A stretch of DNA of 50,718 bases from NCBI GenBank assembly GCA_000934665.2, contig JYFJ02000730.1:62001-112718 (forward strand), in the 5' to 3' direction. This document shows positions 39,522 to 49,854 of the stretch, piece after piece. A program made the translations under genes and the position numbers. Position 1 is the stretch's first letter, and every line of letters starts with the position of its first letter. The notes below the pieces were generated by a model, which had not been told where the DNA came from, ran no database searches, and saw only the letters and a list, made by a program, of their open reading frames with translations. The stretch comes from Catajapyx aquilonaris. Lineage: Eukaryota.

Positions 39522-41028
39522 CTTGCATCAGACGGATGTAATTTTTTTTTTTAAATTTAAATAATGACAAAGTGGTCACCAGCCTTCTATTGAATCAGAA
39601 TAGGAATTTCCGGTTGACGGCACACTATTTTCGCGGAACAAAACGAGTCACTAAATTTTTTGACAATGTTCCTTTGAAAGTAAATTGAAGGTTAGAGAAA
39701 CGATTTCAAAACCTGTGGAAAAAGAAAACTGTATAAAATTTCATTTCTGAGGTTGAAATCTTAGTTATAATTGGCATTTGGTCCGTTCATCATTATTGGC
39801 CAATTTTCTATAGCGAGCCATTACAATATTAGCCAGTAAACAACTCACGGTAATTGGGTAATTTTAATCACTAGAAGTACAGCATGTACTGTACAAAAAA
39901 AACCATTTGGATATATTTCTTTTTGTTACTCCCCAAGTGTTTTTTTTCTTAAATAATTTTATTAGGAATCGAATTTAATTGCCTACTTAATAAGCCTGGT
40001 TCTTGCGCAATTGCATGTAATGTTTGAGAAAATGAAGTAAAATTGTTGCCTTTTTAAAATATAGAAATTGCAATTTTTTGGCTGGATTGCAATAGTGTAA
40101 CGTTTTATTTTTATTTTTTTTTAAAATGCAGTTTCTTCACTATTGTGTTAACAATGCACGATTTTTACAATAAAAATCAGGCTAAATCTGGATGGTAAAG
40201 TTGAGCAGAAAAAAGAAAAACACTGAGCCACACAACCATTGATTGCGTCGGAGCAATGTCAGCGGTTGCATGTCTTGCCTCTCTTATTGGTTCCTAGTGA
40301 GTGAATTTTTTTGGTTGCGAAAGTGTAGTGGGAACCAACTAGATTGAGGATTGTGGTACATGTCCTTCACCCACTTGTGCCTGAGGGTCTCTCCCCCTCC
40401 CCCAAAAAATGCAGAACATTAGCCACACTCTGGCAGCCACTTTGCCATTGTCCGCATTCACCTTGAAGGAATCCTTTAAAAAAATTTTTTTGCAGCCTTT
40501 GTACACACACAGTACACTTCAAATGCAAGTATTTGGATGCTGCACGATTAAAATTATTCAGATTGCATCATAAGCAGTCCAAAGGTCACCTGTTCCCCTT
40601 TCACAAATTGATTGGGAATGTCACAGCCTGATGCAACAATCTCAAAGAAATGTTTTGCAGACTGGTTCATTCTGGGTCGCACTTGATGCGGCCTTGCATT
40701 TTTAAATTTTGGCATGGGGGATCACACACACACACAATCCAGGTCTCTCACTTTTTATTTTGAAAAGTGAGTGTAAACATTTACTGTGCCGGTGGTGTAC
40801 GTACTCAATCCACGTGCAAAACCTGACCTGTGCGAATAACGTTGCACAACTTGTTGTGCAGTATTTTTCTTGTCAGTGTGCAAAAATGCAAAACTTGCTC
40901 TACACATGGTCTGACTTGTTTTGCAAAGAAAACCAGTGGGAGCTCCCCCCCTCCCCTCAACATTGCGAATATCATTGATAACGCTGCACCGCTTGTAGCT
41001 GTTCGCTGAAGGTTGACGGTGATGCAAA
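39522..41028. promoter_or_regulatory. Cluster of C/EBP-ATF (CARE/AARE) elements upstream of the tribbles coding exon
   Basis: TGATGCAA(N) at 39522-39530 (-), 40562-40570 (-), 40629-40637 (+) and 41020-41028 (+). Confidence 0.55.
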
Positions 41029-41205
41029 TGTGTGGGAAACTCCGAGAGAAAATAATTTCAAATTTTCTCATTGTATGAATCTAGCGTGACATTCAATATT
41101 CATCTTAATATGTGAACACACGGGCTGTATTAGGATAATTTTTTTAAAAATTAGGTTGTATACACATATGATGAACTAATGTCATATTATTTCTTCGTCC
41201 TGTAG

Positions 41206-41620
41206 GTTGTGCTTGAAGCGGCCGTATCTTGAGGACTTTGAAGCAGAGAGTTGGATGAGTGGGTCGTTAGATGTTGGTGCCACGAGTGGATGTGAGGGCT
41301 TCGTAGCAGGGAAAGGGGCAGGAGCAGGGGCAGCTGCCATCTCCTCGTCTGCCCCTCTTCCCTGCCCCCACCGCCCGTCACTTCTCCTGAACCCAGCGCA
41401 ATCTGAACCCACCACCTCCGCTGCTGTCCTCCCACCTTCTTCACCACCGGCAAGCCCTGCCTCTCCCACATCACCTCTACCGACCTCGGCCATTCTTAAG
41501 GGCAAGTATGTACTTCTGGAGCCGAAGGATGGAAGCGCCCTCTTGAAGTGCGTGCAAGCGAAACCTGGCAGCTCCTTACCATCGTCAGCACCTGAGGATG
41601 ACGCGGAGCTTGTCTGCAAG
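41206..41620 (+). CDS. trbl: Tribbles pseudokinase, first identifiable coding exon (S/P-rich N-terminus and N-lobe)
   Basis: Acceptor CTGTAG at 41204-41205. Open frame LCLKRPYLEDFE...GKYVLLEP...ELVCK matches TRIB GKYLLLE and ELVCK. Phase-0 donor at 41621. The start codon is unresolved (upstream exon, or ATG 41255). Confidence 0.85.
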
Positions 41621-43757
41621 GTATTAGGGATTAATCGGATTCACAATGCATCATGTCGAACCATGTGCATTGTTATCAGACATGGAAAAGCAGTTATTGC
41701 ACATATCAGAAAGGCATTGTGTACGGCACCAATTGATACATTCCACGTACTATGTAATCTCAAAGTAACAAAATTGCACAATTGTTCAAGGAAAATTCAT
41801 ACTAGTTGGTAAGATCTGGTATATGTGCCAACGTGAATTAGCAAACTCATAATTTCGTACATCTCTGTAATAAATTCAACCGTTTTTTAATTTGTGATGA
41901 TTTAGTGATATGGACTTTTTTTTTTAGAAGTGTTTTACACAACATTACATTTTGTAACGTACTTGCTACACAGATAGATATGATGTTGAGCCGGTACAAG
42001 TTGATTGGAAAATAAATTAGGCGTTTTGAAATCCTTGCCAATTCGGCTGTGAATGGGATGCAACAACTGTAGAGCATCATGCCAGACGTACATGTTGAGA
42101 CATATGTCGGGCAAAGCCTTGGATCAGGAAATATCACCTGTGCTGATTACGTTGAAAAAGCGTCTGTGTTGCAGATGGGGGACGGAAATTCCTTAATCTG
42201 ATAACGACACAATGTGTTTTTTTTTCAAAAAAATATTGTTACTTGATATGTTTTTCATGTATGAAATGTGTTGGGCAAATTGTGATTTGTGCACTTTTAG
42301 AATGAAGATGCAGTAATCTGCTGAGACTTGTTGCAAAATTGCTTTGGCTTCAAGCCATATCCCCCTTTGCTGTGAAACCCATCAGTTACAAAACTTTAGC
42401 AAGGGGAAAAAAAAAGTTATTGACTACTTAGGTTGCTAAAACAGTACGACTTTTTTTTTCTCCGTACTATTTCCTGAGCAGACTTATTGGGCAAGAGCCG
42501 ACCAAAGTTTTTCATTTAAGAAGCTGCGCGTTTCCAAGTTTTGTGAAGGTGTGCCTATCGAGAGAGATATGTTATCATATCAATTTTTCTTCATCGTGGA
42601 AGACTCAGAAAAAGGTCGTTAGAGAATTGTGAAATTTTGCAGTTGACAACGCATTAGATTGGTTTTGACCTACGGAACCCGTAGCATGGTTGGCTATTTA
42701 TCACTCGAAGTACGTCTCGGAAAAATATGAAGGGAAAATGTGCTGTGAATGAACATGTCTTTTTTTTTTTCAACATCAAAAAAGTTTTTTCTCTGTTAGT
42801 CAGCATTCACTTAATCTCATGCTATTTATATGCAGGTCAACAGACAACCTTGGCAAGTTGAACGAGACAAGGCCTGGAGCTTTTGCAAGGAAAATTATTT
42901 CCGTGTGTGTGTGTCGTTACCACACAGCCTATGAGGATCGGGGGAATCCGTTGGACAATAAATTGAACTCCTTTTTTTTTTCTCTCTCTCTCTCTCTGGC
43001 GCATCGCCTACATATTTGAATACTTTGTACTACAATTTATGTTTGTACAAAGAGCGCAATAATTCAAGGGATGTCTTTGTTGAGAAAACGTGGCTGGGAA
43101 TAAAATTTTGGCTCGGATCCGCAAGAGAATTGCTCTCTGTATAGTCGACTAGCTTTGCATTTGTAAGCAACAGGTGTATGATTCTAATATACATGTCTAT
43201 ATAAGAATTGAAAATGTCTGCCGAGTGTTGCACACCTTCTTTATTCTGACAGATGGTCCAGCATCGCTTGATCTGCTGATGACCACTTCATGAGTTGGTT
43301 TTAAAGGGAATTACTACATCCGACATTTTCTGCACGCAACTGACGCCCAGGACACGTTTTAATCGAGATGGACAGGATTTTGGTTGCGGCCTCGTCCAAA
43401 CTGGTGTACATAATGTATCTTTTAGTGTTCGTTACGTTTCGGAAGCTTTACATATGGAAGTCTTAACGAGGCAGGCAACCAAGGAAAATGTTGCCTGGCT
43501 CTGCGCCAGAGGGTCATTTAACCATGGAGTTGAACATAAATTCAACAGCATTTGTACATTGTTATGACTTGAGCCGGAAATAGTCGCTTCCCGAAGTTGG
43601 CCAACGAAAAAAGTGGTCACTGTCCGCAGGTTAGGTTATTGGTCTTTTTTGATTTCATTGATACTGCGTCGCCCGAGTCAACCTTTCATTGATAAAATTG
43701 TGTGCTGTACGTCGTAATTATTTGGTACTAATTGTGGTTTTTGTATTTTCATTTAAG

Positions 43758-44053
43758 GTGGCGCCTCGTAACCAGACGGGTCAATCCCTGATGTGGGCCC
43801 ACCTTCGGATGGAAGGGTGCGAAAGTGTGTGCCGACCCAGGGAAGTGGTGGTGGGGTCGAAGTGCATGTACCTGCTGTTCCCCCGGAGCCATGGAGACCT
43901 ACACTCTTACGTGAGGACGCGGAGGAGGCTGAGGGAGCTGGAGGCAAGGCCGCTCTTCAGGCAGGTGGTTCGAGCCGTTTGGGACTGCCACAAGAGAGGG
44001 CTCGTACTCAGGGACCTCAAGCTCAGGAAGTTCGTCTTTGCAAACGCACAGAG
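43758..44053 (+). CDS. trbl: Tribbles exon
   Basis: SHGDLHSYVRTRRRLRELEARPLFRQVVRAVWDCHKRGLVLRDLKLRKFVF, containing the tribbles catalytic-loop signature LRDLKLRKF. Phase-2 donor at 44054. Confidence 0.95.
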
Positions 44054-44223
44054 GTAAACGAAACATTCTCTTGGGATAAACCCATGAAATGTTATGGTAA
44101 TCAATTGGTTCATGTTGATAATAATTTTTATCAAAGTGAACCAAGCTTCGTTACACCACATTTGGGTACGGAGAGATAAGCGGGTTAGATACGGATTGAC
44201 CTCATGTTTTTTTTTTTGAACAG

Positions 44224-44415
44224 GACCCAACTGGTGCTGGAGACCTTGGAGGATGCCGTTGTGCTGGAGGACGAGGAGGACGACCTCCTGCAGGAGAAGC
44301 ACGGCTGCCCTGCGTACGTGAGCCCTGAGGTTCTTCGCTCCAACGCAAAGTACTCCGGGAAGGCTGCCGACATGTGGGGCCTTGGGGTCATGCTCTACAC
44401 CATGCTAGTCGGAAG
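44224..44415 (+). CDS. trbl: Tribbles exon
   Basis: LETLEDA (replaces DFG; SLE in vertebrate TRIBs), [34 protein letters not shown]. Phase 2 at both ends. Confidence 0.96.
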
Positions 44416-44507
44416 GTCAGCAGTCTGATAGAGATAACGAAACTTGTAGATTGTAGCGAGAGCATGAGGGACAAAGGTTGATGAGAAATATTGGGATGAA
44501 TTAATTC

Positions 44508-45184
44508 GGTATCCCGACAACTGGCTGCCATGTCAATTGGCTGCTGTGCCATCTGGCTGCCTGTCATTTGGCTGCCATGCCAATTGGCTGCTGTGCCATC
44601 TGGCTGCGGTGAAAATAAGGTTTTTGCAGAATGAAAATCAGAGTACATAAATGCAACTTGGCGTTCAAGTGGATTAACTAGGTGTGGCCGTTGTGTTGGT
44701 GTCATCTGTATGGCTTTGGGGTGACCGCACCCGCACCAATACTTGTCCGCCTTGTGGCCCTGCCAGGTACGGTACGTCGCCCGCGCGTGATAATTTTAGT
44801 TAATGCGGTTAATGTGAGTTTTGAATCCGCAACATTTACTGCCCGTCTTGTGGCGCCACAGGCCAACGAACACTATTGTGGCTTTACCAACATTCAGGTT
44901 TATTAACGAAAAAGGCTGTTCCCGTTGTGTTTGTTGTCATCGGTATGGGTTTCGGGGTGACCGCACCAATACTGTCCCGTCTTGTGGCGCCACAGGCCAA
45001 CGAACATTATTGAGGCTCTGCCAACCTTCATGCTGACGCTGATATACGTATCATTAATTGTGCCCTCATGTTAAATAAATTTGTCATTGTGAAAATGTCA
45101 TGGCAGCCAATTGACCTGCAGCCAGTTAACCTGCAGCCAATTGACCCGGCAGCCAGTTGACCGGCAGCCTAAAGTCGTACATTC
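44508..45184. mobile_element. Non-autonomous Mutator/foldback-like element in a tribbles intron
   Basis: 9-bp TSD AATTAATTC; ends built of inverted tandem (C)AATTGGCTGC / GCAGCCAATTG repeats; internal duplication CCCGTCTTGTGGCGCCACAGGCCAACGAACA. Confidence 0.8.
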
Positions 45185-45267
45185 AATTAATTCGCATTGA
45201 AGCAACGTAGCTCAGTGATATCAATTGCTGGATGTAATGTTCATGTGTGCACTTTTCTTCTCTGCAG

Positions 45268-45685
45268 GTACCCGTTCCATGCTTCGGAGCACGTGGGCCT
45301 GTTTGCCAAGATCTGCCGAGGTGAATTCGCTATCCCTGACTGGGTGTCCTGGAAGGCCAAGTGTCTGATCAGGTGCTTGTTGAGGAAAGACCCGTTGGAC
45401 AGACTCACTGCGAAGGAAGTCATGGATCACCCTTGGATGAAGCAGGTGGCCGGAGCGGGTGGGGTTGAAGGAGGGGCAGGAGGTGGGGACAACATTGCGG
45501 GACTGGAAGGGGAGAACGGACACTGCCCTCCTTCGTGGGTGGGGAGGGCGGCGCAGATCCGGAGCAGGGGAGGGAGGGAAGGGGCCGGGCGGAGGACGGA
45601 CAGGGAGGAAAGGGACCGCGGAGGGGACCAGGTGGTTCCGGACGTTCCAGTCGAGAAGTCCGGATGCTCTTATTCATTCCAGTAG
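45268..45685 (+). CDS. trbl: Tribbles last coding exon
   Basis: YPFH...LFAKICRGEF...KAKCLIRCLLRKDP..RLT, the VMDHPW (MEK-binding-type) motif and the DQVVPD COP1-binding motif, then TAG. Confidence 0.95.
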
Positions 45686-46972
45686 TGGTTTCTTATCAGT
45701 GGCGCAAAAGAGTGCGTAGAATCAACATTCTTCGGAATTATATTTGAATCTACGCACTTGGCTGTCTCGCTACGAATTGGTCTGCTTCCATGGGAATCGG
45801 CATCGTACGCACAATGGAGTCGTCATCGTTTGATCAACAGTTGTTGAGGACAAGACTGTACCTGTTAAAAAAAAAACATGGGCCAACTCGCAGCGAGGCA
45901 TGTTTCAGAATTTACCTCACAGTCAGCGTATACGTGAAATTTGGCCGCCTTTTTTAAATAAAATCTGCTGGCGTCAGCTAAATTTTGAAAAGGTCGACAC
46001 CGGGCGTCACTGGTGACCAACCTTTTTTTTTTTTTGGTCGAAAGAACGCATTTTTTTTCAATGAATGTTACGTGAAGCTTTCCCCCAGTCATTTAGCCAG
46101 TTTTACGAAGCTCCGTTAACCAGAAAAGATCCTGATTTAATTGCATTTTACGGAGTTTCATACGAGTGGCTGCAAAGGGCGATATTTTTTTTGAAAACTG
46201 CGGGGGCCATTGTTGGAAACACGGATTAGTCTGATAGGTGGTCCAGGCTTTTTCTTAAATAATTTAACCCCCGTTCTTACGTACGATGGGAAGGTCCCTC
46301 TGATGCATCTTAAATAGAGTACTGTTAAGTCAGGGCTATTTAGCAGCGATCAACCAAGCAAATCGGGAGCTCAGTCACAGCAATAAATAATGCAAAAAAA
46401 TCGCTTTTTTAAAACAATTGGCGAACTAATTTCAAAATAAATTGAGCGGCCGAACAATCATGTTACTTTGTTGTCGTCGTCGTCGTTTCCAAAAGCAGAG
46501 GGCGTTGTCCCATCTCCTTTTGTTGTGAAACCCCCTCCGTAAAATGTTTCCCCATGAAAGACTTAAAAAGTGTCCGCCAGTTGGGACGCTTCTTTTTTTG
46601 TTATGTTTTTAAAAAGGGAAGGTTTAAAAAAAAAAAAAAAAGCAAAAACAATGGGTCTGATCTCAATAATTAAAAAATATATATAAAATTAATTATACAA
46701 GACCCAGACCACCAGTTGTGTTCCCCCAATTCCCTTTTCGCCCCCTCCCCAACAGTGGTTACCTTGCTTTGTGTGCCTGTATTTTTTTTTTTGTGCATCA
46801 CATTCAGGATGTAGCAGCGTGACGTGTACGACCAAACGCAACTATTCGCAAAAATTATTGACGGCCAGATTTTAAAATGTAGCGCAGAAAAATTACGTTA
46901 AAATTGAGTTAATTATTGCAAATGTTTCTGTACATAACAAGGATCGATCCACATGATGTCGTACGTAACGAT

Positions 46973-47156
46973 AATTGGACGCTGTTATGCAATAACGAGT
47001 CAACCCACCAATACGTACACCCAAAGGATCGTACTTCAGTACGTTAAAATCACACTGGTGAAATCTGCATACTTGTGCCATAAATGATCGAAAAAAATTT
47101 ATCTCATAACGGTTCTCGTGTGGGTTGACTCATTATTGCGTAACAGCGGTCCAATT
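46973..47156. mobile_element. MITE-like inverted repeat between the tribbles and RPL30 3' ends
   Basis: AATTGGACGCTGTTATGCAATAACGAGTCAACCCAC and its near reverse complement. Confidence 0.7.
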
Positions 47157-47595
47157 TTTTTGAAGTCGAACTTGTCCATCAGAATTTTACGGCCAATTGC
47201 TTGCGTGGTGCTGGTACATTCTGCATTTTGTGCTCACAAAAAAGTACATTAATTTGCCAACCGAACTGTATTTGAGGACAAGTGATGTGTAAAAAAAAAA
47301 AAGAAAGAAAGAAGAAAAAAAAAAGTGCCGTTTGTTGTTTTGTGTTAGCGGCAGGAGTAGACGGAAAAAGAAGCAAAAAAAAAATCATTTTGTTGTACGT
47401 TAAATGGGTACATAAATGTCAGAAGTGACTTCTACTTTGCGTCTTGCTCATTCATCTCCACTTATGAATATGTAAGACCTTATTTCCTTGCAGCAAGGGC
47501 GTTGGTGAATTATCGATCGTTCCGACAGTACAAGGAAACCAGACTTCAAAGTTTTATCACTGAATTTTTTTTATTTACTCCATAGATCCCATTTT

Positions 47596-47800
47596 TCAGA
47601 CAGCCTGTGGCTGTGACGCAGGCTGGCCCCCTTCTCCTGCGGGCATGGACCTGATGATGTCAGAGTCCCCAGGGTCGGTGATGGACAATGCGCAGATGCG
47701 GAAGTATCGACCACACGCCGTGCCCAGCTCAATGTTGTTCCCCGAGTAGTGGTGGACGCCAGTCTTGGCCAGCATAGCGTAGTACTCAATCTCAGATTTC
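47596..47800 (-). CDS. RPL30: RPL30 coding exon 3 (last); protein 123 aa
   Basis: After a 60-nt intron: [73 protein letters not shown] at 47575-47570. Confidence 0.97.
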
Positions 47801-47860
47801 CTGCAAAAGCAAATCAGAAAATTAATTGTCGATTCGTACTAGTAAAGCGCGGCAACAAAC

Positions 47861-48006
47861 CTGAGCGGCGGAGTGTTGTTGGCGATGATAATAAGCTTGG
47901 ACTTCCCTTGCCTCAGGGTCTTGATGGTCTGCCGGTAGCCAAAGACGTACCGACCCGACTTCATCACCAGTGCTAAGCGAGCATTGATGCTCTCAGCTGC
48001 CTTCTT
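47861..48006 (-). CDS. RPL30: RPL30 coding exon 2
   Basis: [49 protein letters not shown]. 146 nt, TTTGCAG acceptor, phase-2 donor. Confidence 0.97.
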
Positions 48007-48194
48007 CTGCAAAAACGCCACAATGAAAATGCGAATTAGCTTCCGTCACTACATGATTTATTGTAGTGAAACCCTTTGCCAAATTTCGGCGCTGCCACTA
48101 CTACTGTTGAAGTGTGTCCCAACCTCTCTGACCCCTATATAGTGAACCTGTTGTGTCTGATTATTGAGTGCCGAAAGTGGCAACTTTGGGAACT

Positions 48195-48610
48195 ACATGC
48201 ACGTTGGTGACGAGTCGACGACATGCACATTGGTCACGGGTCGACCACATGCACGTTGGGGACGAGTCGACCACATGCACATTGGTGACGTGTCCACGAC
48301 ATGCACGTTGGTGACGGGTCAACGACATGCACGTTGGGGACGAGTCCACGACATGCACGTTGGTGACGAGTCGACCACATGCACGTTGGTGACGAGTCGA
48401 CCACATGCACGTTGGTGACGAGTCGACCACATGCACGTTGGTGACGAGTCCACGACATGCACGTTGGTGACGAGTCGACCACATGCACGATGGTGACGAG
48501 TCGACCACATGCACGTTGGTGACGAGTGGACGACTTGCACGTTGGTGACGGGTCAACGACATGCACGATGGTGATGGGTCAACAACATGCACGTTGGTGA
48601 TTAGTCAACA
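48195..48610. repeat. 26-bp minisatellite x16 in the RPL30 intron
   Basis: Unit ACATGCACGTTGGTGACGAGTCGACC with an exact 26-nt period; matches the 3' block of repeat family A. Confidence 0.97.
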
Positions 48611-48657
48611 GCCATATATGTCATCATGTGCATGGCGACACTGAGCGTACCGATTAT

Positions 48658-48949
48658 AATTGTCTTTTGGGTATTATGAGGGGGGCGCCGGCGCTTGTAG
48701 GCGACCAACTACCCCCGGTGCGGAAATATTATGTGCTGGGTATGTCTTGATAGCCATACCCCACGGTTCACCCGAGGGTGATCCGTGTGCTATGTTGTAA
48801 GCAAGCACCCTTTTGTAAAGTACAGAGGGTCTCGCTCTGGGTGCTCATACGTGCAATGGACATGCTCACACATCACATCATCCCTTCTGATAGGGGTTCA
48901 TGATTATCATGACGTGTTTCTAGTGCGGGCATCACTTGGGCATGCTTAC
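48658..48949 (-). ncRNA. Putative structured intronic RNA element in the RPL30 intron (H/ACA-like ncRNA or splicing-regulatory structure); identity unknown
   Basis: Many complementary segments with G-U pairs that work only on the - strand; ANANNA motifs at domain junctions; ACA three nt before a plausible 3' end. Confidence 0.5.
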
Positions 48950-48995
48950 CGGTATTACTACGGACGGTTTGCATACACCAGAAATAGGGTTCGGT
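48950..48995 (-). other. Candidate 46-nt frameshifting (poison) cassette exon of RPL30
   Basis: Acceptor TTTTGTGGCCTGTCCGGCAG and donor CCG|GTAAGC. Inclusion gives a TGA at 47995-47993. Confidence 0.45.
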
Positions 48996-49854
48996 CTGCC
49001 GGACAGGCCACAAAATTCAATTTGCGCTGAATTTGGTGCTACATTACCACTAGCGCCATCTGTTGGGTACCACCTGAACCTCTCTCTACATACAGCTCAT
49101 TATTGGGAGGTAATTACAGGAAATTCTGGCTCAGCCTATCTAGGCCATAAGTATATCCACAATAATTACGGCGGACCATCACGACTTCAGATTTTTGATA
49201 AAATTTGTCTGTTACGTACACACTCTACTGCAGTGTGTTTACGAGTCCAGAGTTTCGTCTATTCGCAGTCTGTTTTCTACCGTAATTTGCAACCGAATGC
49301 GACTATAAAAATTGTTCTACGCTAAGAAGCGATCCCTCGTGTCGGCATTGCCCTAATACTCATTATTTTGGCCAATAAAAATTCATCGTACACATTACAA
49401 TGTATGATGAGAAAACATGGATTTACGTTCAGAGCGAGATGGTCGATTTCTACTGTAGTTTTAACCACCTTTCAATTTATATTATTAAAAATTGTTTCAT
49501 GGTGATGTTTGCGCCAGGCTTATATAAAACACCGCAACGAGTGCTTATTATGATTATTTGCAAAATTAGTTATCAATGGCTGGAATAATTCGAATTTTGG
49601 TTTAATATTTGCTGCGGGGGCTGCGGGGCATGTAAACTGAAATGGTTAAATCATTTTTCCAGGATGTTGCCAATTTCAATCCTGAAATTTTGTTTCCATC
49701 CAAATAATTCCTATTTAACTTTTTTTAAATCCAGATTTTCCACGACATGAACATAATTAGTAAAAAATGAGCTAGGCCTAGCTGCCATCTTTTCTATTCC
49801 ACGTGGACCGCACCCCCTTTTGTCCCTCTTTCCCAGCGTCCCGGTTAATTTTAC

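Noticed and set aside
48161..48592. Repetitive ORFs and a CRISPR-like appearance
   Set aside because: Tandem 26-bp minisatellite with no unique spacers; the ORFs are by-products.
48658..49020. Structured intronic RNA as telomerase RNA, RNase P/MRP RNA, SRP RNA, 7SK or U3
   Set aside because: No CCUAACC-type template (only AACCCUA), no P4 motifs (GGAAGGUCUG / GAAAGUCCCC), no SRP helix-8 GNRA motif, and no 7SK or U3 signatures.
49200..49275. SNORA72-like snoRNA (the vertebrate RPL30 intron hosts one)
   Set aside because: Shares only a CTGCGAAT-like start; no 5.8S rRNA-complementary pocket or convincing second hairpin.
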